A DNA stretch of 64,000 nt from an uncultured Bacilli bacterium. GTDB lineage: Bacteria; Bacillota_I; Bacilli_A; RF39; UBA660. Below, piece after piece: positions 29,450 to 39,562 of this stretch. The notes beneath the pieces are model-generated. The model made no database searches. It was given only the letters and a program-made list of their open reading frames with translations, and was not told the origin of the DNA. Location: the NCBI GenBank assembly GCA_934086185.1, contig CAKOHW010000002.1:31377-95376 (forward strand). Reading direction: 5' to 3'. Every line of letters begins with the position of its first letter. Positions within the stretch are counted from its first letter, which is position 1. The position numbers were made by a program, and so were the translations under genes.

Positions 29450-31252
29450 CTAATTCATAACTCTTTTAAACATACGTTCTAATTCATACTTAGTAAATGT
29501 AATAATAGTTGGTCTACCATGAGGACAATTATATGGATTATCACATAATACTAAATCATCTATAATACTTTGCATCTGTTCCATATTAATTCTAGTATTT
29601 CCTTTTACACTCATCTTACATGCTAACGTTTTAGATATATTATCATAGAACTTTATTCTATCTATATTATAATCATTAATTACTAATTCTACAAGTCTTT
29701 GTATAGATTCATTTTCATATCCAGATAACAACCAAGTAGGATGACTCTTAACAACTATAGTATTAAGTCCAAATTCTTCTATATCGAATCCCATTTCAGT
29801 TAATACATTACTTCTTTCCATAAACTTAATATAATCAGATGGAGTAAGTTCTATAGTATATGGTATTAACATATCTGTTTTATGTATTTCTTTTTCTCTT
29901 AAATACTTTAAATATCTTTCATAATTAACTCTTTCTTGTGCAGCATGTTGATCTATCAAAAACATATTATTTTCATTCTCACATACTATATAAGTACCCA
30001 TTACTAATCCACAAGGATATAATTCTAATTTTTTTATCTTTTCATTATGTACTATACTTTCACTATTTTCTAATACTTCATTACTAACTTTTTTAAAATC
30101 AAATTTAACTTGTTCATCTTTAACACTTAAATCTTTATTTATTACATATTCTGGTACTTCATTATATTCTATAACTTCATTATCAATATTATCTACTTTA
30201 GGTATAACTATCTCATTATTATTTTTTACTTCTTTAACTTCTATTTTAGGTATTAATAGTGCTTTATATAAAGACTCTTTTATTGTTTCATATACTAACT
30301 TCTTTAACTCATCCATCTTACTAAATTTAATATCTTGTTTAGTAGGATGTATATTTACATCTATAATAGTAGGATCTGTATTAATAGTTAATATAACTAC
30401 TGGATATTTTATATCAGGCTTATATGTATAATATGCATCATTAATAATTTTATTTAACTCTATATTTTTAACTATTCTACCATTAACTATTGTAGTCATA
30501 TGATTTCTATTAGATTTAAGTACACTAGGTTTACTTACATATCCATATATATCATAATCCTCATTAGAAGCATTAATACTTATCATATTACTACTAACTA
30601 CATATCCATATATTTCATGTATTGTTTTAAGTAAATTACCACTACCACTAGTACTAACTATATCTTTACCATTATTAGTTAAATTAAATTTAATCTCTGG
30701 ATGTGCTAAACTTAATTTTTCTATATACATTACAATACTAGATAATTCAGTACTATCACTTTTTAAATATTTTAATCTAGCAGGAGTATTATAAAATAAA
30801 TCACTAACTGTAAACAATGTACCACGTCTAGCATCACTATCATTTACACTTATTAATTTACCTCCATTTATTATAATTTCAGTACCTACACCACCTGTAC
30901 TAGTTTTTAATCTTACTTTAGATACACTAGCTATACTTGGTAATGCTTCTCCACGAAACCCCAAAGTATTTATAAAAAATAAATCATCATCTTTTAATAA
31001 CTTACTTGTAGCATGTCTAGAAAAAGCTAATTTAGCATCTTCTCTATCCATTCCTACTCCATCATCAGTAACACTTAAACTCTTTATTCCACTATCTATT
31101 AAATCAATTTTTATACTTTTAGCATTAGCATCTATACTATTCTCTACAAGTTCTTTAACAACACTAGATACTCTTTCTATTACTTCTCCAGCAGCAATTT
31201 TATTTGCTAATACTTCATTCATTACATGTATCTTACTCAATTTAATCACCAA
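29450..31252 (-). CDS. mutL: DNA mismatch repair protein MutL
   Basis: GHKL N-terminus ANKIAAGEVIERVSSVVKELVENSIDA. C-terminal dimerisation domain with QHAAQERV. Confidence 0.95.
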   Translation of the reverse strand: MVIKLSKIHVMNEVLANKIAAGEVIERVSSVVKELVENSIDANAKSIKIDLIDSGIKSLSVTDDGVGMDREDAKLAFSRHATSKLLKDDDLFFINTLGFRGEALPSIASVSKVRLKTSTGGVGTEIIINGGKLISVNDSDARRGTLFTVSDLFYNTPARLKYLKSDSTELSSIVMYIEKLSLAHPEIKFNLTNNGKDIVSTSGSGNLLKTIHEIYGYVVSSNMISINASNEDYDIYGYVSKPSVLKSNRNHMTTIVNGRIVKNIELNKIINDAYYTYKPDIKYPVVILTINTDPTIIDVNIHPTKQDIKFSKMDELKKLVYETIKESLYKALLIPKIEVKEVKNNNEIVIPKVDNIDNEVIEYNEVPEYVINKDLSVKDEQVKFDFKKVSNEVLENSESIVHNEKIKKLELYPCGLVMGTYIVCENENNMFLIDQHAAQERVNYERYLKYLREKEIHKTDMLIPYTIELTPSDYIKFMERSNVLTEMGFDIEEFGLNTIVVKSHPTWLLSGYENESIQRLVELVINDYNIDRIKFYDNISKTLACKMSVKGNTRINMEQMQSIIDDLVLCDNPYNCPHGRPTIITFTKYELERMFKRVMN

Positions 31253-32198
31253 ATATACTTTCTCTAATACTAATTAAATTCTTATCTAAGCCACATATAC
31301 TTAAATCATTACTATTCTTAACATTAATAATACCAAAACCATTTATACATATATCACTATTACTATTAACACTTACTTCATAATCAAACTTAATATCTTT
31401 ATAATACTTTTTTATATTAACCTTATCTATAATATATAACGTAACACTAGTAGGTTCACTAAACTTAATATAAAACTTATCTACAAATAATACTTCATCT
31501 TTCTTCATATTATAAGTTATTTGCTTTATTATATTTTTATACTTACTAATTTTACCATAATCACTAACTAAAAAACCAGGACTATCTATTATAGTTAAAT
31601 CATCATTAATTTTAATTCTAATAAAATCCAATGTAGTATTTCTTTTATTAGATACTGTTAAATTATTTACTTTACTATTATTATCACTAATAAGTTTATT
31701 AATTAAAGTACTTTTACCACTATTAGTAGGCCCCAATATATAACATTTATTTATATGTTTATAATATAAATAATTAACCAAACTATTTACACCATAATTA
31801 TTAATAGTACTAACAAATTTAACATCACACTTTATATCATAAATACTCTTTATTCTTTTAATTATCTTATCTTTATTAAAAGATTTACTTAATAAATCTA
31901 ATTTACTAATTAAAAGTAATTTATTACCCTTTATACTTTTAAATATCTCCATAGTATCATCATTTATATTTAATAAATCAACTATATATATCTTAAATAT
32001 ACTATCTTTATTAACATTATCTATTATATTCTTAGTACTTTTCTCAGTTTCTTTATCACTCAAACTACCATAATGAGTCAATCTAAAACAACGTTTACAA
32101 TAATTAGCACTATCTATTTTATTACTAGGTATAAAACCAGGACTTAATTCATCATTACATTGTAATTTAACTCCACAACCAAAACATACTCTATTCAT
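31242..32198 (-). CDS. yqeH: ribosome biogenesis GTPase YqeH
   Basis: N-terminal zinc ribbon CFGCG…CKRCFRL, circularly permuted GTPase with GPTNSGKST. Located next to yqeG. Confidence 0.8.
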   Translation of the reverse strand: MNRVCFGCGVKLQCNDELSPGFIPSNKIDSANYCKRCFRLTHYGSLSDKETEKSTKNIIDNVNKDSIFKIYIVDLLNINDDTMEIFKSIKGNKLLLISKLDLLSKSFNKDKIIKRIKSIYDIKCDVKFVSTINNYGVNSLVNYLYYKHINKCYILGPTNSGKSTLINKLISDNNSKVNNLTVSNKRNTTLDFIRIKINDDLTIIDSPGFLVSDYGKISKYKNIIKQITYNMKKDEVLFVDKFYIKFSEPTSVTLYIIDKVNIKKYYKDIKFDYEVSVNSNSDICINGFGIINVKNSNDLSICGLDKNLISIRESIFGD

Positions 32199-32715
32199 AG
32201 TATTTACCCTTTCTAAATAATTTTTTATCAGTTAATTTATTAATTATATAATTTTCAAATACTCTACCTATCTTAGTAGAAACATATTCCTTAGTACCAA
32301 TAGGATTAACTAATATACTAACAAAATTCATTCTATTAGCAGCCCATACATCACTTATCAATTCATCACCTATTACAGCAACTTGATTATCTTTATATTC
32401 ATTTATATTATATATTTTTTTAAACTTACGTAAACTAGGTTTAAAAGATAAATAAGAAGAATCAACACATAATATTTCTTTAAATGGAGTAACCCTACTC
32501 CTAGTACTATTACTAACTATATATATTTTAAATTTTAAATCTTTTAATTCTTCAAATAAATCTATTAACTTCTTATTAGGTTTTTTTAACGTTAAAGGCG
32601 CAATAGTATTATTTAAATCAAAAATCAAACATTTTATTTTACGTTTCTTTAATGCTTTATAATCAATTGTATAAATACTCTTCATATACATATCAGGTAC
32701 AAACTTTTCAAACAT
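32191..32715 (-). CDS. yqeG: YqeG-family HAD phosphatase
   Basis: 174 aa with HAD motif I IFDLNNT. yqeG-yqeH synteny. Confidence 0.75.
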   Translation of the reverse strand: MFEKFVPDMYMKSIYTIDYKALKKRKIKCLIFDLNNTIAPLTLKKPNKKLIDLFEELKDLKFKIYIVSNSTRSRVTPFKEILCVDSSYLSFKPSLRKFKKIYNINEYKDNQVAVIGDELISDVWAANRMNFVSILVNPIGTKEYVSTKIGRVFENYIINKLTDKKLFRKGKYYE

Positions 32716-32755
32716 AACTACACATCCTTAACTGTAATAATTTTAACATACTACT

Positions 32756-32788
32756 AAAAAAAAAGAAATTAGCTTTTAACCAATTTCT
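32756..32788 (-). terminator. intrinsic terminator of P3
   Basis: AGAAAUU-loop-AAUUUCU followed by U8-9 on the minus strand. Confidence 0.7.
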
Positions 32789-32796
32789 CAAATTTA

Positions 32797-34719
32797 TTAA
32801 TTCTCTAAAATTTTATACGGATTTGCCTTTGTTCCATTTCCGCTTGAAATTTGTGTATTTGACTTAAAATTAATTACCGGTCTAAATGAGTAGTCATCAT
32901 TAACTCTTCCTCCACTAAATAATCCAGAACTATCAAGCAGATAAACATAATCACCACCGCTTTGATACATAGTAGGTAAGGCATCACTACGATTGCTATC
33001 AAAATCGCTAGGTGCTAAAGTCCAAAACTCTAAGTGACTTGATTTTTGATAATTATTTATTAAATAATAAGCAAGATTTTCAGTATCACCATTATCTCCA
33101 CCTGCAAAAGAAATTTCATCTGCTGTTAAAGTCCCAACATACATATTTGTATTGTCTGCAAACTTTTTCATATTTGTACCCTTACATTTTAGTGTTGGTT
33201 CTTCTGCTGTTCCTTTTCTCAAACGAGTACTAGAATCATAATAAAACCCTTCATTCGCAATTTGTTCATCTAATATTTCAACACTAGTTAATTCTTTTGA
33301 ACTACTAGAGATTAAATACGCTTTATTATTTAAACACCAGTCTCCAACCTTTAAATAAGATAAATAACTCGTTAATAATCCAATTTGAAAATTTTTAAAT
33401 GCAGTTACCATTGATTTATCATTATTTGTTTGTCCGTTTAAATAATTCATTAAATATCTTATACCTCGGTTTTTTTTACCATCAGATGCAGTTAATGTAT
33501 TTGCTGCATATTGTGTATATCCAAAATATCCAGTCTTTATAGACCCACCAGTTGTAGTTGGTATATCCCAATTTCCATCAGCCGTTTCACAAGTACTATC
33601 TTGATCTTCTAATATTAATTTAATACTTCCATCGCCAACAATACGAACCACTTTCCAACACATTCCTGCAAAATTAACATAATTATCAGTTACATTTCCT
33701 CTAAAGTAATAAGAATTACCATAGTCATCAATTGCTAAACTTAATGTTCTTTCATTTTCTCCATTTATTTCTTTTGCTGGTTTAGTTAATGGTGTTTCAC
33801 TATATATCGTTCTTCCTTCTCCACCTTTTTTAGCATTGTTTATTATTACATCTTTCAATAAAATTTTACTATCACTTATTTTTATTACATTTATTGTTAC
33901 AGTACTACCCGTTATTGTTATATCAGCATCTGCTATATTCTTTTCATCGTTGTATGTTATATTTGATCCTGATGCTGATGGTTCTCCTTTTGATACATTT
34001 AGTGTTGTTTGTTTTGTTGTTGTAGTCTTTCTATTTTTTATTGTCACTTTGTGTGTATCTGGTTCTATTCCAATAAACTTATATTTTCCATCTACTATCT
34101 CACTTGTTTGTTCTTTACTATGTATTACTACATAATCATTTTCACTAGAATTAGTTACTGTTCCTTTTATTGTTAATGATTTAGTATCAAATATATCTAT
34201 CTTCGCCTCTAATGTTTTACCCATATCAATACTTTGGTCTACATTCATTTCTCTATATTCTACTTTTATTACATATGTTTGTACTTCATCTTTATTTATT
34301 TGATTTTCTATTATATATGAGTTTTCATTTGGAAATGTACTTTCACTTACTCCATTACATGTTTTACCAGTTACACTACTAGAGCATGTTACTGTATACT
34401 TAACATCATCTAATCTTGTAAATGTATTTATTACATTTACTAATCCTACACTATAACTATCTATATCACTGCTACCACTATTTGTTACTGTAAATGTTTT
34501 TGTAGGTAAAGTTGTACCCGGCACTATATTTGTTCCAGTTATTACATCTTTATTATCGCTATATTCTAATTTTAAATCTGCTGTTGTTACACTTATTGAT
34601 TTTGTATTAGTATTACCTTGTATTCTTGTTAGGAAATATGCGTATGTTAATCCTAATAATGCTAATAATACTATTGCTATTCCTACTACGCTTACAATAA
34701 TTTTTTGCTTTTTATTCAT
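32797..34719 (-). CDS. paralog P3: head type b, shared stalk, tail type beta
   Basis: Head and stalk are near-identical to P5 through about residue 297. The tail (…NYVNFAGMCWKVVRIVGDGSIKLILEDQDSTC…) is homologous to the P6 tail. Ends GNGTKANPYKILEN. Confidence 0.9.
   Translation of the reverse strand: MNKKQKIIVSVVGIAIVLLALLGLTYAYFLTRIQGNTNTKSISVTTADLKLEYSDNKDVITGTNIVPGTTLPTKTFTVTNSGSSDIDSYSVGLVNVINTFTRLDDVKYTVTCSSSVTGKTCNGVSESTFPNENSYIIENQINKDEVQTYVIKVEYREMNVDQSIDMGKTLEAKIDIFDTKSLTIKGTVTNSSENDYVVIHSKEQTSEIVDGKYKFIGIEPDTHKVTIKNRKTTTTKQTTLNVSKGEPSASGSNITYNDEKNIADADITITGSTVTINVIKISDSKILLKDVIINNAKKGGEGRTIYSETPLTKPAKEINGENERTLSLAIDDYGNSYYFRGNVTDNYVNFAGMCWKVVRIVGDGSIKLILEDQDSTCETADGNWDIPTTTGGSIKTGYFGYTQYAANTLTASDGKKNRGIRYLMNYLNGQTNNDKSMVTAFKNFQIGLLTSYLSYLKVGDWCLNNKAYLISSSSKELTSVEILDEQIANEGFYYDSSTRLRKGTAEEPTLKCKGTNMKKFADNTNMYVGTLTADEISFAGGDNGDTENLAYYLINNYQKSSHLEFWTLAPSDFDSNRSDALPTMYQSGGDYVYLLDSSGLFSGGRVNDDYSFRPVINFKSNTQISSGNGTKANPYKILEN
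33828..34719 (-). repeat. head-b + stalk DNA block (P3 copy)
   Basis: About 0.9 kb matching 43741-44629. Antisense ORFs 33836-34135 and 43746-44045 are near-identical. Boundaries are approximate. Confidence 0.7.
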
Positions 34720-34769
34720 ATTTACATCTACTTTCTAACATTATATTTAAAGTTTATCACTATAACCTA

Positions 34770-36644
34770 TCATTCACTAATTAATTCACTTTTTGAGATA
34801 AATCCTTTATATAATTTTGCACCATATACCGATCCATTTCTATTAGAATTGGCAACATTAGTTTTAGACAACATATAAACTGCAATTTTAGAAACTGTTA
34901 TTGAATCATTTGTAATAAAATGCATTACATATTTATCATCATCAACCCATGTATATTTTACTTGAGTTAAATAGTTGTTATTTCCAAAATTGTTAGCAAA
35001 TATAGCAGGATAAATATCAGGATATTCTTCAGTTCCAAATTTTCCATTTAAATATAATGTATATGGTGTATTAGGTTCTAAATTAGAACTTAAATTATAT
35101 TCTTTAATCTTTGTCGTTGTTGCTCCATTATAATTTAATACTTGTTCTTCACCATTAGTTATAAGATTTGTTTTTGCTACGTTATTATTAGAAATAATTG
35201 GAAATCTTGCAGCCATAACCGCTCCATTTGAATATCCATTATTAGAACCAGCGTCAGTAATATCAGAAAATAAATTAATAACTTGAAAGCCAACCAAATT
35301 ATTAGTTGTATTATTAGCATGGTAAACTAATAATCTATCTCCAGGCAATCTATCAACCACAAATGATGCATGAGTAATACCTTTATAATAATTTGATTCA
35401 AATGTAGAAAAGAATATAATATCACCAGGTTTTACATTACTTACATCGTTATTTAATTTATAAGAATAACCATTTTCATCAGCATAGTGTGCTAAATCAT
35501 TAGCCAAATATCTTCCTTCTCTGTATTTATTTGTTGGTAAAGTAATACCATAATCAAAGGATTTTATATTAGTATTATTTGAATTATATCTTGAATCATT
35601 ATAAGTTATACCCCCTAATACTAAACTAAGAAAACTAGAACAATCTAACTCATTTGTAGTAGTAGTATCAAAGGCAGTCTTTGCTGAAGCAAACGTTAAA
35701 TTAGCCATATTATTTCTGTAAGTTTGTGCTACACTGAACATATCAACAATAGTACCTAAAGAATAAGGTGCTAAAAAAGATTCATCATCATAATACGTTA
35801 TTCCACCAATTTCAATAACGTTATTAGAAACATCTAAATCAATTTTTATATTTTTTATATTAGAAGTAATAGTAATAACATTTGCATCTATACTAGCTGT
35901 ATTTCCTTTTTTGATTGTTATTTCTTTACTTTCTTTTACAGTTCCCTGTTTATCTTTTACATATATTGTATGAGTCCCTGGTTCTACTGCTGCTATCAAA
36001 TATTTATTATCTGTTGTTATCATACTTTTTCTCGGGTTGCTATGTAATTCAACATAATCTCCCTCACTTACATTTGTTACTGTTCCTGTTACATCTACAA
36101 TATCTTGTAAATTATAGATTTGTACTCGTGCTGATACTTTCTTATTCATATCATCACTTTGGTCTACATTCATTTCTTTATATGTTACTGTTAATTTATA
36201 TGTTTGTGTTTCTCCTACATCTATTGAATTAGTTACAATTATTCCTGCTAATTTTGGAAATGTTGTTTCATTAACTCCCTTACATGTTTTATTTTCTTTA
36301 CTACTTGTACAAGTTAATGTATAAACCATATCATCAGGCCTTGTTAATTCATTTACTAATTCTTCTAAATATACAGCATAGTTATTTACAGTTGCATTAC
36401 CATTATTTGTTACTGTAAATTCTTTGTCAGTTAATGTAGTACCTGGCATAATATTATTACTTGTTATAGTACCATTACCATCTGCATAAGTTAACTCTAG
36501 ATTAGCAGTTGTTACACTTATTGATTTTTCATTAGTATTCCCTTGTATTCTTGTTAAAAAGTATGCATATGTTAATCCTAACAATGTTAAAAGTACTATT
36601 GTTATTCCTACTGCACTAACAACTATCATTTTTTTTCTTTTCAT
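34770..36644 (-). CDS. paralog P4: head type c fused to an NlpC/P60-like cysteine peptidase module
   Basis: ATG at 36642-36644 with an AAGAGGT SD is preferred over the ORF-track start at 36662. The first ~252 aa are near-identical to P6. The tail has LDCSSFLSLVLGG (Cys), GDIIFFS…THASFVV (His). 50-nt gap to P3. Confidence 0.85.
   Translation of the reverse strand: MKRKKMIVVSAVGITIVLLTLLGLTYAYFLTRIQGNTNEKSISVTTANLELTYADGNGTITSNNIMPGTTLTDKEFTVTNNGNATVNNYAVYLEELVNELTRPDDMVYTLTCTSSKENKTCKGVNETTFPKLAGIIVTNSIDVGETQTYKLTVTYKEMNVDQSDDMNKKVSARVQIYNLQDIVDVTGTVTNVSEGDYVELHSNPRKSMITTDNKYLIAAVEPGTHTIYVKDKQGTVKESKEITIKKGNTASIDANVITITSNIKNIKIDLDVSNNVIEIGGITYYDDESFLAPYSLGTIVDMFSVAQTYRNNMANLTFASAKTAFDTTTTNELDCSSFLSLVLGGITYNDSRYNSNNTNIKSFDYGITLPTNKYREGRYLANDLAHYADENGYSYKLNNDVSNVKPGDIIFFSTFESNYYKGITHASFVVDRLPGDRLLVYHANNTTNNLVGFQVINLFSDITDAGSNNGYSNGAVMAARFPIISNNNVAKTNLITNGEEQVLNYNGATTTKIKEYNLSSNLEPNTPYTLYLNGKFGTEEYPDIYPAIFANNFGNNNYLTQVKYTWVDDDKYVMHFITNDSITVSKIAVYMLSKTNVANSNRNGSVYGAKLYKGFISKSELISE
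35888..36644 (-). repeat. head-type-c DNA block (P4 copy)
   Basis: About 0.75 kb near-identical to 54002-54758. Antisense ORFs 35915-36232 and 54029-54346 are near-identical. Confidence 0.7.
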
Positions 36645-36861
36645 ATTTGTACCTCTTTTCATATTTTAATATCTTTATAATTTAATTATATATAACATCT
36701 AATGATTATTAATGTCAAAAAATGTCATAACACACAAAAAAAATTATATAACTACTTCTATTAATAAATTTAAAATCAGAAAAAATAAATTATATACTAT
36801 TTACTTATCACAACATAAAATTCAAACTCATACTCATAAGAGTACTTTCTACTCTATTTAT

Positions 36862-36912
36862 ATTTTATCAAATCATTTTATTATTTACAATATTAAAATT
36901 TTGGTTTATACT
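36862..36912. promoter_or_regulatory. back-to-back divergent promoter module (P4 copy)
   Basis: Minus strand: TTGTAA(36885-36890)-17-TGaTAAAAT(-10 at 36862-36867). Plus strand: TTTACA(36884-36889)-17-TATACT(36907-36912). Confidence 0.55.
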
Positions 36913-36918
36913 TAATTT

Positions 36919-36990
36919 AGTAGAACATCTAATTGATGGCTACCTGTTTTTTTGAGATATGTGCTAATTATCTAATTAGCACATTTTTTA
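36919..36990 (+). ncRNA. candidate cis-antisense sRNA (antitoxin-like), copy 2
   Basis: Downstream of TATACT. Terminator ATGTGCTAATTA-TC-TAATTAGCACAT + T6 (36959-36990). Confidence 0.45.
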
Positions 36991-37150
36991 AACCAAAACT
37001 CCCTAAAATCTTCGTAAGAGGATATATAGAAAGATGATTAACATTATGATAATCAAACGGTCTAAAAACCTTATGATGAAAGTATTTACTTTCAAACTAA
37101 GTACCTCCTAACTATTTAAAAATAGAAGGTAGCCATCAACTTAAATGTTC
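36923..37150 (-). other. structured small-ORF RNA (type I toxin-like mRNA), copy 2
   Basis: The 5' arm GAACAUUUAAGUUGAUGGCUACC pairs with the 3' arm GGUAGCCAUCAAUUAGAUGUUC. The anti-SD UACCUUCUA pairs with the SD UAGGAGGUA (9 bp). TATTAT -10 at 37159-37164. Confidence 0.55.
37003..37095 (-). CDS. 30-aa hydrophobic peptide (type I toxin candidate), copy 2
   Basis: AGGAGG SD 8 nt before the TTG. Peptide MKVNTFIIRFLDRLIIIMLIIFLYILLRRF. Confidence 0.5.
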   Translation of the reverse strand: MKVNTFIIRFLDRLIIIMLIIFLYILLRRF

Positions 37151-37227
37151 GAGACACTATAATACACTAAAATATTAAAAAATTTGTCACATTTTGAAAA
37201 AACATAAAAAAATAATCAAATTAATGA

Positions 37228-37629
37228 TTATTTTTCTTTGTTTTCTAATTTTTCAGTAATAGATTTCAATACTTCTACTGCAGTTGTTCTAACCTCATCA
37301 GCAGCTTTTTCCATTATTGGAGTTCCTTTTGCTACTGCTAATTTATAAAGTTCTTCACTTTTTTTAACAATTGCTTTTCCTTTTTCTTTAGCAATTTTTA
37401 ATGCTTTTTCTTTATCTAAATCTTCTAATTCTTTTTTTATTTCTTTAATTTGTTTTTCAATAGATTTTTTAACATCCTTAGCATCAATATTTTTAATGCT
37501 TTCTAACATTTCATCTAACTTATTTTTTAATTTCTTTCTAGTTACTTCTCCTTTTTCTGGTGCAAATAGCAATCCTAAACCTACTCCAATTCCAACTCCT
37601 GCAATAACTTTTCCTAAATTTTTACTCAT
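37228..37629 (-). CDS. YtxH-domain protein
   Basis: GKVIAGVGIGVGLGLLFAPEKGEVTRKKL N-terminus followed by a long charged helix. Confidence 0.75.
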   Translation of the reverse strand: MSKNLGKVIAGVGIGVGLGLLFAPEKGEVTRKKLKNKLDEMLESIKNIDAKDVKKSIEKQIKEIKKELEDLDKEKALKIAKEKGKAIVKKSEELYKLAVAKGTPIMEKAADEVRTTAVEVLKSITEKLENKEK

Positions 37630-37906
37630 AATATTCCTCTTCTTCCTTTCTCTTCTTAAATAATTTTTTTATTAATTTTGCAAATGAATCTATAACACTT
37701 GTAATACCAACAGTTAACTTTTCACTTGCAAAATCCATTACTCTAAATATTGAATCAAATGAACTTACTTTATCTTGAACATCTGCAACTAATTTATCAG
37801 CCTTATCAATAAATAAAATCATTTTAATTCCTAAAACTATTAATACTACTAAAAGTATTATACCCAAAACATATAAAATTATAGGTAATATTTCCATTCC
37901 TGTCAT
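37622..37906 (-). CDS. DUF948-family membrane protein
   Basis: 94 aa, N-terminal TM plus coiled region. Paired with the YtxH protein as in Bacillus ytxG/ytxH. Confidence 0.65.
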   Translation of the reverse strand: MTGMEILPIILYVLGIILLVVLIVLGIKMILFIDKADKLVADVQDKVSSFDSIFRVMDFASEKLTVGITSVIDSFAKLIKKLFKKRKEEEEYYE

Positions 37907-37908
37907 AC

Positions 37909-38802
37909 TTACTCTCCTTTTTCTTCATACATTGAATCAATCAAACTAAATAAATCAGCTTCATCGTCATCAATTTCATCTTCATCATTTTCTTTTACAA
38001 TTTCTTCTTTTTTTACACTATCTTCTTCACGTTCTAATAAATCATCAATAGAATTTTTAGGTTCTACTATTTCATCAACGTTATTATTATATTCATCATT
38101 ATCATTTATTATACTTACTTCTTCAGGTATATCTAACTTAATTGAATCTTCTTCTATTAACTCACCTATAGTTTTCTTTTTATCTACAGGTTTTTCTACT
38201 ACTACATCTTTTTTAGGTTCTATAACAGTTTCTCTTTTTGCTTCTAATTTTTCTTTTATTTTAACAACATTATCAGACTCACTAGTTAAATTTTGCTCTA
38301 ACTCATCCTCTAATGAACCAAAAGCCCTCTTTCTTACCTCTTCAATAGTAAGTTCATTAGGTTTTCTTAATATATCTTTTTTTACTATAACATCTTCTTT
38401 TTTATAATTTTGATCTAAAACACCATATACTGGAGATATTATAGGAGTTGGTTTAAACTTCTTCTTTTCTTCTTTCTTACTTAAGAAATCACTATAATCT
38501 CTAGTTTCAGTTTTTCTAGTTTCACGCACAACTTCCGCTCTAGGTTTTGGTTTTTCACGTACAATATTTACTGGTTCTTCATCTTCTTCATCATCAAAAT
38601 CTATTGGAAATGTAAAAGTTGATTCACTCTTATAATTATCTTTATCACTAAAATCATCTTTAGGTATCTTAATTTCTTTAATAGGATTTTCTTCTACCAC
38701 ATTAACTTTTTTAACTTCTTTATGTGTTTCTTTTTTTATTTCAGGTATTTCTACTTCTTCTTCATCAAAAAGTATTCCCTTAACCTTATCTAATAAACCC
38801 AC
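37909..38802 (-). CDS. acidic hypothetical protein (297 aa)
   Basis: MGLLDKVKGILFDEEE N-terminus, PTPIISPVYGVL motif, Glu/Asp/Lys-rich. Function not recognised. Confidence 0.55.
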   Translation of the reverse strand: MGLLDKVKGILFDEEEVEIPEIKKETHKEVKKVNVVEENPIKEIKIPKDDFSDKDNYKSESTFTFPIDFDDEEDEEPVNIVREKPKPRAEVVRETRKTETRDYSDFLSKKEEKKKFKPTPIISPVYGVLDQNYKKEDVIVKKDILRKPNELTIEEVRKRAFGSLEDELEQNLTSESDNVVKIKEKLEAKRETVIEPKKDVVVEKPVDKKKTIGELIEEDSIKLDIPEEVSIINDNDEYNNNVDEIVEPKNSIDDLLEREEDSVKKEEIVKENDEDEIDDDEADLFSLIDSMYEEKGE

Positions 38803-38816
38803 TAAAATCTTCCTCT

Positions 38817-39464
38817 CTAATTAACAACATCATAATCAGGAATATCATTTTCTTTTCCATCATAATTATCATATTCCTCAACTATATCTAAGAAATCACT
38901 CTTATTTGTTACCTTATCAAAAATATTTAAATTTTCTTCATTACTATTAATTTTATTATCTCCAATTAAATTATCTATTATATCTTTATCATACTTAATA
39001 GTAGATAAAATAATAATTGAATTATTAATAGCATTATTTAAATCATTTTCTTCTACTTTCACTTCTATTTTAGCATAATTATACATAATTGCAACTAAGT
39101 ATTTATCATTAATCTTATCAACTACTAAATACCCATTATTCTTATTATAATTAAATTTATAATTAATATAATTACCTTCAGTATTATATGTATTATTTTT
39201 ATTTTCATAAAAACTAATAACATCTACATATAAATAATAAGTATAATCATCACTATTTATCTTTTCATTATAATCTTTACTATCTTTAATATTCATATAT
39301 TTAGGTAAATAATATTTATATCCATTATGATAAGTATTATATATTTTATTTTTACTATTATCTTTAATTCTATTATCTATTATATCTTTATAATCTTCTT
39401 TATTTATATTAGCACACCCAGTACTAAACAATAATATAACTATTATAAGTAGAAATTTTTTCAT
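38817..39464 (-). CDS. lipoprotein (215 aa)
   Basis: Lipobox LFSTGC after the signal peptide. Confidence 0.65.
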   Translation of the reverse strand: MKKFLLIIVILLFSTGCANINKEDYKDIIDNRIKDNSKNKIYNTYHNGYKYYLPKYMNIKDSKDYNEKINSDDYTYYLYVDVISFYENKNNTYNTEGNYINYKFNYNKNNGYLVVDKINDKYLVAIMYNYAKIEVKVEENDLNNAINNSIIILSTIKYDKDIIDNLIGDNKINSNEENLNIFDKVTNKSDFLDIVEEYDNYDGKENDIPDYDVVN

Positions 39465-39562
39465 AATTCACCTACTTTTCAAATCTAATTATAACAAAAA
39501 AAATAAAATATTTAAATACTTTTTAATAAATATCTAAATTAAAAAAAGACAAACTTTTAAAT

